From contig JANJTB010000031.1 in the NCBI GenBank assembly GCA_024711295.1, positions 76,097 to 140,096 on the forward strand: a stretch of 64,000 nt of DNA, in the 5' to 3' direction. Source of the stretch: a bacterium. Its GTDB lineage: Bacteria; Bacteroidota; Ignavibacteria; Kapaibacteriales; UBA2268. How positions within the stretch are numbered: the stretch's first letter is position 1; every line of letters begins with the position of its first letter. The notes beneath the pieces were generated by a model, which was not told where the DNA came from, did no database searches, and saw only the letters and a program-made list of their open reading frames with translations. Below are positions 10,442-19,910 of the stretch, piece by piece. A program made the position numbers and the translations under genes.

Positions 10442-10491
10442 AAACAAAAACAGAAGCAGATTTTTTTTGAAATCAGCTTCTGTTTTTGTTT
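10442..10491. terminator. Bidirectional intrinsic terminator
   Basis: AAACAAAAACAGAAGC...GCTTCTGTTTTTGTTT inverted repeat between convergent genes. Confidence 0.85.
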
Positions 10492-10542
10492 AATAATTAA
10501 ATAAATTACAAACTTAATTGGTAATTTATTTTTCTACAAATT

Positions 10543-11075
10543 TTATTTAGTTAACTTCTCTATTCTTTTTATATTTTCTATATTTTTGCCAAAATCAAAT
10601 AATGTAGCTTTGAATCTTGGAGAACAAATTAATTGGTAATCAAAATCTGAACCATTATTTGATTGCTGAATTATTCGAATTTCTTCTCCCCAAGAATACC
10701 AATCCATTTTAGACTTTAAAATTAGACCATTTTCAATTTCAGATAATTTCATTTTCTTAAATATGACGTCTGATATTAGTTTGTTTTTTATTTCTGACAA
10801 ACTTAATTTTGAATTAAATCTTTTAGAATGTCTTACTCCGAAGTTCTGATCTGTAATATCATTTATTCCCATCTTTTTTAACCTGTATTTTTTCATGTAA
10901 AAGAAGAATAGAGACATTGCCGTTCCATAAAAAAAGATAATAAAATAAATTTCCAAAAGCTGAAACGATTGCTTTCTAATAAATCAAAACCCATCATTAA
11001 AATTCCATAAAACAGGCCAAAAGGAATACCTGTAAATATGAAATTTTGCATAAATAATTTTACAGTTATTGTCAT
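10543..11075 (-). pseudogene. Membrane protein gene split by a 1-nt frameshift in a T7 run
   Basis: ORFs 10893-11075 and 10543-10956 join into one 177-aa ORF (...FILLSFF|YGTAMSL...) if the A7 at 10929-10935 were A8. Confidence 0.7.
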
Positions 11076-11106
11076 GATAATATTCCATTATTCATCAATT
11101 AAATAT

Positions 11107-13002
11107 TTAATTCGAAATAACAATCTTTTTGGTAGTATAAATGTTATTTGTTGAGACTTTAATAATATAAGAACCGGAAGACAAAGTTGAAGTATTTATT
11201 TTATAATTATTAAGTCCAATTTCAAAATTTATATTACCTGATTCAAATAAAGTTTTACCATTCATGTCCAGCAGCTGGATACTACCTTTTTCAAAATACT
11301 CTGAAAAGAAATTAATACTTACCAAGTCACTGGCAGGATTTGGATAAATTTCATCAACATACAATTGATTCGACATAGACTTAACTTCTTCAACTGAAGT
11401 ATGAGCATCAGGATCAAGTTTAAATTTCGCAAAATAAACGTTGATGTTGCCATTGTTAGTTCTTCCGTCAGCCCAGGTAGCATAAGCATAGTCACTGGTC
11501 ATTACAACGGAATTATATTCCCCTATACCAAATTGATTATTCGATATGCCAATTCTATCGAATCTTGAGGGCATCGAGCTGAGCACTTGATTATAAAAAG
11601 TATTGCCACCGTCGTACGAAACAGCAATGAAAAAATCTGTAAGATGTTGGCTAAAGACTTCTGTGGGTAAGTTTCTTCTATCATAAAAAGTTATAGCTAT
11701 ATATCCCTTATCATTAACTGAGATATTTGAATAAAAATTTTGAACTCCAATTTTTCCGTCATTATTTACAACTAATGGTTGTGACCATGTTTTTCCTCCA
11801 TCTGTGGATTTAGAAAAATAAATATCCATACCATTCAATAACCTACTGTTAATACCATTTGCAGACCATGTAATGTAAATGTTGCCTGCAGTACTAGTAT
11901 TACTTTTGTCAACACACATATATGGTGATGGGTAAATTCTTTGAGCTGAAACACCGGGGACACTTTCAGTATTCTGAAATCCACGCATTGAACCTATTAA
12001 GTTACTAATCTTCTTAGGTGTAGTAAAATTAACACCTCCATCAATGGATACGCAATGATATAATGACTGAGTTGTGCCATTACTTCCGAAAAAAGTATAA
12101 TGAACATTACCATTCATGTCAACGTCAATTGATCCAAATTGAACGACGCTCATCCCTGTTGTGTTAATTAATGCAGGTGTAGTCTCGAACGAATTCTGAT
12201 TGGCACGTTTACGGTAAATATGAATTTGTAATGGATTAAGGAAATTAGTTTGATTGATGAATAGAGCTGACGTATAGACAGAATTTCTAAATTGATTATC
12301 TGAGTGGTCTGCAGCCATCCATTGTTTATCTAGTAATTGGCTGATGTTTGGGTTTGAAGAATACCTTGTACTAAATACTCTTCCTCCAAAAACATTGGAT
12401 TCACTGAAGTTAAATGTTTTCCCACCATCAGCAGATTTCGCCCAAAACAACGCTGCTCTTAACGAATCAGGGGTCTGCCCGTTAAAAGTTACATAAAGAT
12501 TAATCCATGAAAAGTAAAGATTCCCATCTGCGTCAAACACAAATACAGGATCACCACCTCCCATAAGAGAAACTTGCTGCGAAAACGGTTTAGTAATAAA
12601 TTCACTCGATTTCCAAGTTGCACCACCATCAAAAGTGTAATATACAGGACAGGTAACTACACTTGTAGGGTGACCGGTATTTTGCTTTATAGGTGAAATG
12701 ACAATATTTAAAGGATTCTTGGGGTTGATTGCAGAATGAATCTCTGATTCTGGCAAACTTAAATTGGACACTAAAACTTCATTCTCAGTATTTAATAAAT
12801 TATCTCCTATTTGAGTATAAGTTTTCTTAGTGTATTTTTCGGGATTCTGGAACCTATCAACCGCTTCTGCAGCTTTGATTCTGATTTTTTCGTGATTAAT
12901 AAAATCAATCACAGGATTACCTTGAGGATTCAATATTTCTTGTGATTGAAGTAAATTATTAAAAATAAATAAAGCTGACATTAAAATGATAATTCTTTTC
13001 AT
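11107..13002 (-). CDS. Asp-box (BNR) beta-propeller protein with T9SS C-terminal sorting domain
   Basis: Five S/TxDGGxT/NW/F Asp-boxes; signal peptide from MKRIIIL (13002); C-terminal IYPNP...LSSGSYII...KKIVI. Confidence 0.85.
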   Translation of the reverse strand: MKRIIILMSALFIFNNLLQSQEILNPQGNPVIDFINHEKIRIKAAEAVDRFQNPEKYTKKTYTQIGDNLLNTENEVLVSNLSLPESEIHSAINPKNPLNIVISPIKQNTGHPTSVVTCPVYYTFDGGATWKSSEFITKPFSQQVSLMGGGDPVFVFDADGNLYFSWINLYVTFNGQTPDSLRAALFWAKSADGGKTFNFSESNVFGGRVFSTRYSSNPNISQLLDKQWMAADHSDNQFRNSVYTSALFINQTNFLNPLQIHIYRKRANQNSFETTPALINTTGMSVVQFGSIDVDMNGNVHYTFFGSNGTTQSLYHCVSIDGGVNFTTPKKISNLIGSMRGFQNTESVPGVSAQRIYPSPYMCVDKSNTSTAGNIYITWSANGINSRLLNGMDIYFSKSTDGGKTWSQPLVVNNDGKIGVQNFYSNISVNDKGYIAITFYDRRNLPTEVFSQHLTDFFIAVSYDGGNTFYNQVLSSMPSRFDRIGISNNQFGIGEYNSVVMTSDYAYATWADGRTNNGNINVYFAKFKLDPDAHTSVEEVKSMSNQLYVDEIYPNPASDLVSINFFSEYFEKGSIQLLDMNGKTLFESGNINFEIGLNNYKINTSTLSSGSYIIKVSTNNIYTTKKIVISN

Positions 13003-13067
13003 AAATTTTCCTTTTTTCCCAAAATGATATACACTATATACAAAACAATAAGACAAAAGTTACAACT

Positions 13068-14261
13068 CTATCTTAAATTCTTGAAACCAAATTCTATCTC
13101 ATCTGCTATACGCTTATAAACTTCATCGAATGTACCCTCGCCACTTATTATTGTAGAGCCGTGCAATTCAGTATATTTCTTAATAACAGGTACTGTTCTT
13201 TCTTCGTGATACTGAAGTCTTTTGATAATTGTTGACATACTTTCATCATAAGGCATCTTACTGTCTGTTTTACTTCGAATCTCTAATCGTTTGATTAATT
13301 CCAAAATTGGTACTTCAATTTCAATTACTTTAGTAATGGATGAAGTGTGCTTTCTTAATAATCCATCCAAAATATAAGATTGAACAAGTGTTCGTGGAAA
13401 TCCCTTAAAAATAAATCCCTTGGCACCATTAAGATTTTGAAATTTCTTCTCAATTAATTGAACTACTATATCATCCGGAAAATTTTGACCGATAATACCA
13501 TGTTCGAGCATTCCTTTCTCGTATAACTCCAAAATTTTCTTACCTAATTTAGTATTTTCAGACGCTTCCTTTGAAAGCAATTCACCTGTTGCAATAAATT
13601 CTAAATCAAACTGCTTAGCAAGCGCTTTCCCTTGAGATGATCTTCCACTTCCAGGATAGCCAAATAGTACTATGTTTAGTAAGGACTTACTAAGTTCCTG
13701 CTTGACAATTTTTGTAATATCAGTTTTGACATCCTCAATTCCATTTCTGCCGTCAACAGATTGATAAATACCTTTCTCTTTATAGAATTGAAGCACAGGT
13801 ATAGTTTTTTCGTAATATTCCTTTAGTCTTGTTCTAATGACAGTTTCATTATCATCTGATCTACCAGATGTTTTACCACGATTAAGCAATCTTTGGATTG
13901 ATTCTTCTTCAGGCAATTCAATGCTGATTAAACAGTTTAACTGAGTATTCAATTTAATCATTAACCCTTCGAGGATATATGCCTGTATATATGTTCTCGG
14001 AAAACCATCGAATAAAAATCCATTATAACCCGGATTATCTGTTATTGATTTTTCGATAATTTGTACAATAATTTCATCAGAAACTAACCCACCTTGAGCT
14101 ATAATACTTTTAGCTTCTTCGCCGATTTTGGTGCCATCAGCAATTTCTTTTCTTAACAAATCACCTGTAGAAATATAAAATAAGTTATATTTTTTAATTA
14201 AAAACTCTGATTGAGTACCTTTGCCTGCCCCCGGAGGTCCAAACAACGCAACATTTAACAT
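13068..14261 (-). CDS. adk: Adenylate kinase with two tandem NMP-kinase domains
   Basis: Domain 1: GPPGAGKGTQ, STGDLLR, FDGFPRT, GRSDD (short LID). Domain 2: GYPGSGRSSQ, ATGELL, FKGFPRT. Confidence 0.85.
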   Translation of the reverse strand: MLNVALFGPPGAGKGTQSEFLIKKYNLFYISTGDLLRKEIADGTKIGEEAKSIIAQGGLVSDEIIVQIIEKSITDNPGYNGFLFDGFPRTYIQAYILEGLMIKLNTQLNCLISIELPEEESIQRLLNRGKTSGRSDDNETVIRTRLKEYYEKTIPVLQFYKEKGIYQSVDGRNGIEDVKTDITKIVKQELSKSLLNIVLFGYPGSGRSSQGKALAKQFDLEFIATGELLSKEASENTKLGKKILELYEKGMLEHGIIGQNFPDDIVVQLIEKKFQNLNGAKGFIFKGFPRTLVQSYILDGLLRKHTSSITKVIEIEVPILELIKRLEIRSKTDSKMPYDESMSTIIKRLQYHEERTVPVIKKYTELHGSTIISGEGTFDEVYKRIADEIEFGFKNLR

Positions 14262-14349
14262 AATACTTCTCTATATAAAAATTATTTAAGAATATAAAAA
14301 AATACAAATCTAACAAATTGTTATCTAAAATCGCCAAAATATTTTAATA

Positions 14350-17193
14350 CTACTTATTAATTATGATTTTATTAATAAGGATGTTTTTATCATTTTGAAT
14401 AGTTAAAGTATAAACACCTTGAGCTAAGCCATTACAATTAAAATAAATAGAGCTTGAAATGTCGTCTAACTCGTACGGTATTTCAATTTTATTTCCAATA
14501 ACATCAAAAATACTTATTTTCAGGTTTTGCAAACCCAAATTATTGATTTTTACTACAAAATTCTCTTTTGCGGGGTTCGGGTAAACTATTGAATGAACAT
14601 TATCTTCCTTAATACTTACGTTTTCAACTCCACAATTATCTATACTAATTATCCCTCTCAATCTAATGTCTTTAGACGAAGCTCCTATTTCAACTTCATA
14701 TTTTCCTGTTTCAATTATATATTTTGATTTTGAATCATCAAAGGAGTATAATTCACTTATACTAAGTGATAGAGTATCTAAGACTGATTGACCTGATTTT
14801 AGATTAATTCTCTTAAATTGTTTAAGCTGCTTTATTGGTTGAGTTAATCTAGAATCCAGATTTTTAACATACAATTGTACTACTTCATCCCCATCATAAT
14901 CACCAATATTCTTTAGATTATATATAAATTTCACTGAATCATTTTCGCAAAATTTTATAACATTTTGATCATACTTCAAATTAGAATACTCAAATTGAGT
15001 ATAGCTGAGGCCGTAACCAAAAGGATAAAGAACCTCGCCATTATAATATCTGTATGTCCTGTTATTCATATCATAATTACTAAAATCAGGCAAGTCTTCT
15101 GCTGATTTATAATAAGTTTGAGTTGTCCTACCTGCAGGATTATAATCTCCAAAAATCACGGATGCTACAGCATTACCAGCAACCTGCCCCAAATATCCAA
15201 TATTCAGAATAGTAGGAATAATTTGATTTTCTATATTCAGGGCACAAGCCGTTCCGAGATTTATCATTATGGTTGGTGTGCCACTTTTGTGCATTGCTTC
15301 AACAACTTTTGTTTGTAAACTTGGCAAACTTAGGATTGTTCGATCACCATTTTGAAAACCTTCGGTATCTAGAAAACTCTGTTCATTTTCCCAATCTGCC
15401 GATAAACCTCCAACAAAAATAGCAGCATCGAAATCTTTTGCCATTTCAGTAATTCTTGCTAATTGTTCAGCTCCTGTGTTTCTGTTACCAATCTCATATC
15501 TAATGTTACCAGGTGCCCAATGTTGTAAATATTCAATTTTAATTCTATAATCTTTATCAGCTTCAAAATTAAAAAATCCTATTCTTGTTATTGATGAGTG
15601 GGGTGTATAATCATCAATTACGATTTTATCTCCAATTGTAAGTCTGGTTCCATCATCACTTGTAACTTTGAAAGTATATTCTCCTGATTCAGGAACTTTT
15701 ATTATGCCTGTCCATCTCACAGAAAATGAGTCAGCACTTACACCCGGAGCAGGATCAACAAATCCCCAATCAAAATCTAAAGAGGTATCAACTCTTGTAT
15801 GTTTTGGTTCTCCTTCCATGAATCGGTTATTGAAGTATTCACCTAAAAATCCGGGTTGATTGTCATTAGTTCTTACATACTTTGGTGTTATAAGCTCTGT
15901 TAACGAGCCACCAATTTCTATCTCTCTGCTATAAATAACTTCAGTTTCAGGTGACACAATTTTTTTGATCCCTTCCAAAATTGTAACAGGTTTAGAAGGC
16001 CAACCTGTATAGCTACCAAGGTTTTCATAAAAAACATTTGCATTTGGACCTATAACAAGTATTTTTTTTAAGTCTTTTTTTAATGGTAAAGTATTTTTAT
16101 CATTTTTTAGCAATATGATAGACTCTTTTCCGGTTCTTAAAGCCAGCTCGTCATGTTTAATTCCGTCAACCAATGAATCTGGTATGTTATTATAAGGTAC
16201 TATATTAGGATCATCGTATAACCCAAGCAAATGCTTTGCTCTATACAAGCGAAACACAGCGGTGTCAATAGTGCTTTCTGTTATGTAACCTTCATTTAAG
16301 GCATTTTTCAGGTGCCATCTGAAGAAATCACCACATTCGGAATCAACTCCGCTAATCATAGCTAATGCTGCTCCTTCTCTCTCATTTTGTCCTACCTTGT
16401 GCTCCCAAAAACTATCACCGATAGCGTTACAATCTGTTGTAACAAATCCAAGAAATCCCCATTGATTTCTCAATATTTCTTGTAAAAGATAAGTATTGGT
16501 TACTACAGGTCTTCCATTATAAGCATTAAAAGCCGCCATTATTGAAAATGCACCAGCTTCTTCAATTGAAGCTTTAAATGCAGGCATATATGTTTCCCAT
16601 AAATCTCTTGGTTTTACAATTGCATCAAATTGATGACGAATACCTTCCGGACCACTGTGAGCAACATAATGCTTTGGTGTTGCAATGGTTTTGAAGTAAT
16701 CCGGATGGTCACCCTGCATTCCCATTATATAAGCAACAGACATTCGCGAAGCTAAATAAGGGTCTTCCCCATAAGTTTCCTGGACTCTTCCCCATCTTGG
16801 ATCTCTTGCAATATTAATTGCTGGAGACCAAAAATTCAATCCAACTGCTCCATGTCTAAATTTAACTCTTGCTTCATCAGAAATAGCTGAAGCGACCTCA
16901 TGCATCAACTTTGTATTCCATGTAGATGCTAAATTTATGGATTGAGGAAATACAGTCACATTTTCAATGCATAGACCATGTTCACTCTCATTATGCCATT
17001 GATAGTCTGGTATATCTAGTCTTGGGATACCTTGTTTATTAGCTGAAATCACAGTTGATATTTTTTCGTCAATAGTAAATTGTTTAATTAGATTCCATAC
17101 TCTTGAATCAAACCTCTTGATTGAATTTGTATCTAATGAAAATAAATAGCTGTTGGTAAAAATTACTAATACTAAAAAAAGCAATCTTTTCAT
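14350..17193 (-). CDS. GH3 beta-glucosidase/xylosidase with PA14, Fn3-like and T9SS CTD domains
   Basis: RDPRWGRVQETYGEDP, KH, TTDC nucleophile, PA14 insert (FSVRWTG, SDDG), YPFGYGLSYT, C-terminal VYPNP. Confidence 0.93.
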   Translation of the reverse strand: MKRLLFLVLVIFTNSYLFSLDTNSIKRFDSRVWNLIKQFTIDEKISTVISANKQGIPRLDIPDYQWHNESEHGLCIENVTVFPQSINLASTWNTKLMHEVASAISDEARVKFRHGAVGLNFWSPAINIARDPRWGRVQETYGEDPYLASRMSVAYIMGMQGDHPDYFKTIATPKHYVAHSGPEGIRHQFDAIVKPRDLWETYMPAFKASIEEAGAFSIMAAFNAYNGRPVVTNTYLLQEILRNQWGFLGFVTTDCNAIGDSFWEHKVGQNEREGAALAMISGVDSECGDFFRWHLKNALNEGYITESTIDTAVFRLYRAKHLLGLYDDPNIVPYNNIPDSLVDGIKHDELALRTGKESIILLKNDKNTLPLKKDLKKILVIGPNANVFYENLGSYTGWPSKPVTILEGIKKIVSPETEVIYSREIEIGGSLTELITPKYVRTNDNQPGFLGEYFNNRFMEGEPKHTRVDTSLDFDWGFVDPAPGVSADSFSVRWTGIIKVPESGEYTFKVTSDDGTRLTIGDKIVIDDYTPHSSITRIGFFNFEADKDYRIKIEYLQHWAPGNIRYEIGNRNTGAEQLARITEMAKDFDAAIFVGGLSADWENEQSFLDTEGFQNGDRTILSLPSLQTKVVEAMHKSGTPTIMINLGTACALNIENQIIPTILNIGYLGQVAGNAVASVIFGDYNPAGRTTQTYYKSAEDLPDFSNYDMNNRTYRYYNGEVLYPFGYGLSYTQFEYSNLKYDQNVIKFCENDSVKFIYNLKNIGDYDGDEVVQLYVKNLDSRLTQPIKQLKQFKRINLKSGQSVLDTLSLSISELYSFDDSKSKYIIETGKYEVEIGASSKDIRLRGIISIDNCGVENVSIKEDNVHSIVYPNPAKENFVVKINNLGLQNLKISIFDVIGNKIEIPYELDDISSSIYFNCNGLAQGVYTLTIQNDKNILINKIIINK

Positions 17194-17311
17194 GGAATTA
17201 AGTTTTTGGTTATTGAAAAACCTAAAAACGTTATTTGATACTACAAATTTTACTTAAATAAGTATTTGCTATTACCTATCATAAATAAATTAAAGTATGG
17301 CTTTTTTTACA

Positions 17312-18472
17312 TCACCAAATAATTGCATCTGCAGCACTTTTAGCTATAGTCCTTGCTTCTTCCTGCGATTGCGCGATAGCTGTAATGTGTCCCATTTTAC
17401 GTCCATTACGGGACTCTTTTTTATTATATAAGTGAAGAAATATCTTATTATGCATCAAAGTTGGTGTGATATTTTCAGGTACTCCAATACCTTGTCTTTC
17501 TCCCAATAAATTAATCATCACTGCAGCTGGTACATACATTTTTGAAGAACCAAGAGGAAGGTTGGCAACGGCTCTGATACAATTTTCAAACTGAGAACTG
17601 TAACAAGACTCAATTGTATAGTGCCCGGAATTATGTGGTCTGGGTGCAATCTCATTGATAAGTATTTTTCCATCTTTAGTCAGAAACATTTCAACTCCAA
17701 AGACCCCAACTCCGTTAATTGATTTAACACATTTTCCGGCTATTTTCTCAGCTTCATTTCTGATTGATTCATCAATTTCTGCAGGAGCTATTACCTCATG
17801 ACATATATGTCTGTATTGGACTGTCTCAACACAAGGATATAATTCAACTTCATCTTTACTGTTTCTGGCAACAATCACGGCAAGCTCTTTTTGAAAATCA
17901 ACAAATGACTCACCCATCAAAGTTCTGTCCTTATTGCTTGTTTTAAATTTTTCAAATGCTTGAATTGCAGTTTCTTCTGAGAAAACAGTAGCGTTTCCGT
18001 ATCCATCATACCCATATTTCCTTGCTTTCATCACATAAGGGTATCCATATTTTTTGCCAAATTCTTTAGCGTCTTCAATACTGTCAATAATGGCAAAATT
18101 TGGTACAGGAAGTCCGGCATCAAGAAAAGTATGTTTTTGAATATATTTATCCTGGACAAGTCTCATTGTATCGGGGCTAGGATAAACAGTTACTTTTTTA
18201 TTAATATAATCAAGAATTTCCGGATCAATAAACTCATTCTCTAACGTTACAATATCAGACTCTAATATAAAATTGTCAAGTGCTTCAGCAGATACCCATC
18301 CGGCATCAAAATCAAGCTTTGTCATGTCTCCGGCTGGAGACAACTTATGATTTTCAATAATTGCGACATTTAGTCCTAATCTATATGCAGCGGATGCTAA
18401 CATCTTAGCAAGTTGTCCACCACCTAAAATTCCTAGTGTAAAAGTTTTGTTGTTTTTGGTTGATTTTAGCAT
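17312..18472 (-). CDS. purK: N5-CAIR synthase
   Basis: GILGGGQL, GYDGYG, NEIAPRPHNSGH and RKMGH motifs. Confidence 0.95.
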   Translation of the reverse strand: MLKSTKNNKTFTLGILGGGQLAKMLASAAYRLGLNVAIIENHKLSPAGDMTKLDFDAGWVSAEALDNFILESDIVTLENEFIDPEILDYINKKVTVYPSPDTMRLVQDKYIQKHTFLDAGLPVPNFAIIDSIEDAKEFGKKYGYPYVMKARKYGYDGYGNATVFSEETAIQAFEKFKTSNKDRTLMGESFVDFQKELAVIVARNSKDEVELYPCVETVQYRHICHEVIAPAEIDESIRNEAEKIAGKCVKSINGVGVFGVEMFLTKDGKILINEIAPRPHNSGHYTIESCYSSQFENCIRAVANLPLGSSKMYVPAAVMINLLGERQGIGVPENITPTLMHNKIFLHLYNKKESRNGRKMGHITAIAQSQEEARTIAKSAADAIIW

Positions 18473-18707
18473 CTAAATAGATTTATGAAATATTTGAACA
18501 TAAACAAAAATAGTTAATTTAATTTAAATATTAAATTATTTTATAACCAAATTGACAATTAATATTAATTAGCATGTTGGTAAATGTTGATTTTTTTTTT
18601 GAAACTAATATTTAATTATAAAAATATTTAACTATTTATATTATTTTTGTAAAATTAACATTAGTTAATGACTAAAAGTTATTATTATTAATATATATGG
18701 TGTCTGA

Positions 18708-19850
18708 ATGTTTGAATTAGTTTTTACCGAAGAGCAAACAATGCTCAGAGAAATGGTCAGAGATTTTGTGAATAATGAGCTAAAACCAATAGCTTCACAA
18801 ATTGATGAAGAAGAAAATATTCCAAAAGAAATAACTTCCAAGATTGGAGAATTGGGTATTCTAGGGGCAGCATTTCCAGTAGAATATGGTGGTTCAGGAT
18901 TTGGTGAAGTAGGATATTGTATAATTCAGGAAGAAGTTGGCAGAGCATGCTTATCAACAGCTACATTTATCGGTGCTCATGTTTCAATAGGTACAAACTC
19001 CATATATTTAGGTGGAAGTGAAGATATCAGACATAAATATGTTACACCTTTGGCTACTGGTGAAAAAATTGCTGCATTTGCATTAACCGAAGAACGCGCC
19101 GGTTCAGATGCATTCGACCTGAAAACTAGAGCAGAATTAGATGGTGATGAGTGGGTTATCAACGGTGAAAAACTATGGATTACAAACGGTCCTATTGCTG
19201 ATACTTTTTCAGTATTTGCTCGCACGACAAGAGGTATAAGTGCCTTTGTTGTTGAAAAAGGTACACCCGGATTTACTCCAGGCGCATCTGAAAAGAAAAT
19301 GGGTATCAGAGGAAGTAAAACATCTTCGCTTACTTTTGACAATGTTAGAGTTCCAAAAGAAAATATGTTAGGATCGGAAGGCAGAGGGTTCCTATTGGCA
19401 ATGAAAACACTTGACGCCGGAAGATTAGGTCTAGGTGCCGCATGCCTTGGAGCATGTAAGGAATTGTTGGAAATGTCAACCAAATATGCTAAAGAAAGAA
19501 AACAATTTGGTGAACCTATTGCTAATTTTCAAGCAATTCAATTCATGATAGCAGAAATGACAACAATGATTTATGCCGCTGAATCATTAGTTTATCGAAC
19601 AGCAGTTCTATATGATAAGCACGAAATGCTCTCAAGACAATCAGCCATGGTTAAACTTTATTGCTCAGAAGCTCTTGACAAATGTGTTGATTATGCTATG
19701 CAAATTCATGGCGGAATGGGATTTTCTAGAGAGTTGCCAATTGAGAGATTTTATAGAGATGCTCGAATTAATAGAATTTTTGAAGGCACTTCTGAAATTC
19801 AAAAATTAGTTATTGCAAGAGATATGATTAAGAGAAACGGAATCTTATAA
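18708..19850 (+). CDS. Acyl-CoA dehydrogenase
   Basis: FALTEERAGSD, NGEKLWITNG, RKQFG, QIHGGMG and IFEGTSEIQ motifs. Confidence 0.95.
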   Translation: MFELVFTEEQTMLREMVRDFVNNELKPIASQIDEEENIPKEITSKIGELGILGAAFPVEYGGSGFGEVGYCIIQEEVGRACLSTATFIGAHVSIGTNSIYLGGSEDIRHKYVTPLATGEKIAAFALTEERAGSDAFDLKTRAELDGDEWVINGEKLWITNGPIADTFSVFARTTRGISAFVVEKGTPGFTPGASEKKMGIRGSKTSSLTFDNVRVPKENMLGSEGRGFLLAMKTLDAGRLGLGAACLGACKELLEMSTKYAKERKQFGEPIANFQAIQFMIAEMTTMIYAAESLVYRTAVLYDKHEMLSRQSAMVKLYCSEALDKCVDYAMQIHGGMGFSRELPIERFYRDARINRIFEGTSEIQKLVIARDMIKRNGIL

Positions 19851-19869
19851 TACTTTTACATTTTCAGAG

Positions 19870-19910
19870 TAACCGGTCATCAATTAATTATGGTGACCGG
19901 TTATTTTTTT
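19870..19910 (+). terminator. Intrinsic terminator
   Basis: TAACCGGTCATCA-N8-TGGTGACCGGTTA followed by T7; overlaps the mutS stop codon. Confidence 0.85.

Noticed and set aside
11107-13002. GH33 sialidase call
   Set aside because: Asp-boxes are present but no (F/Y)RIP motif was recognised; Asp-boxes alone only indicate a propeller fold.
17312-18472. purK without adjacent purE as a novel pathway
   Set aside because: Purine genes are commonly scattered in FCB genomes; purE is probably elsewhere.
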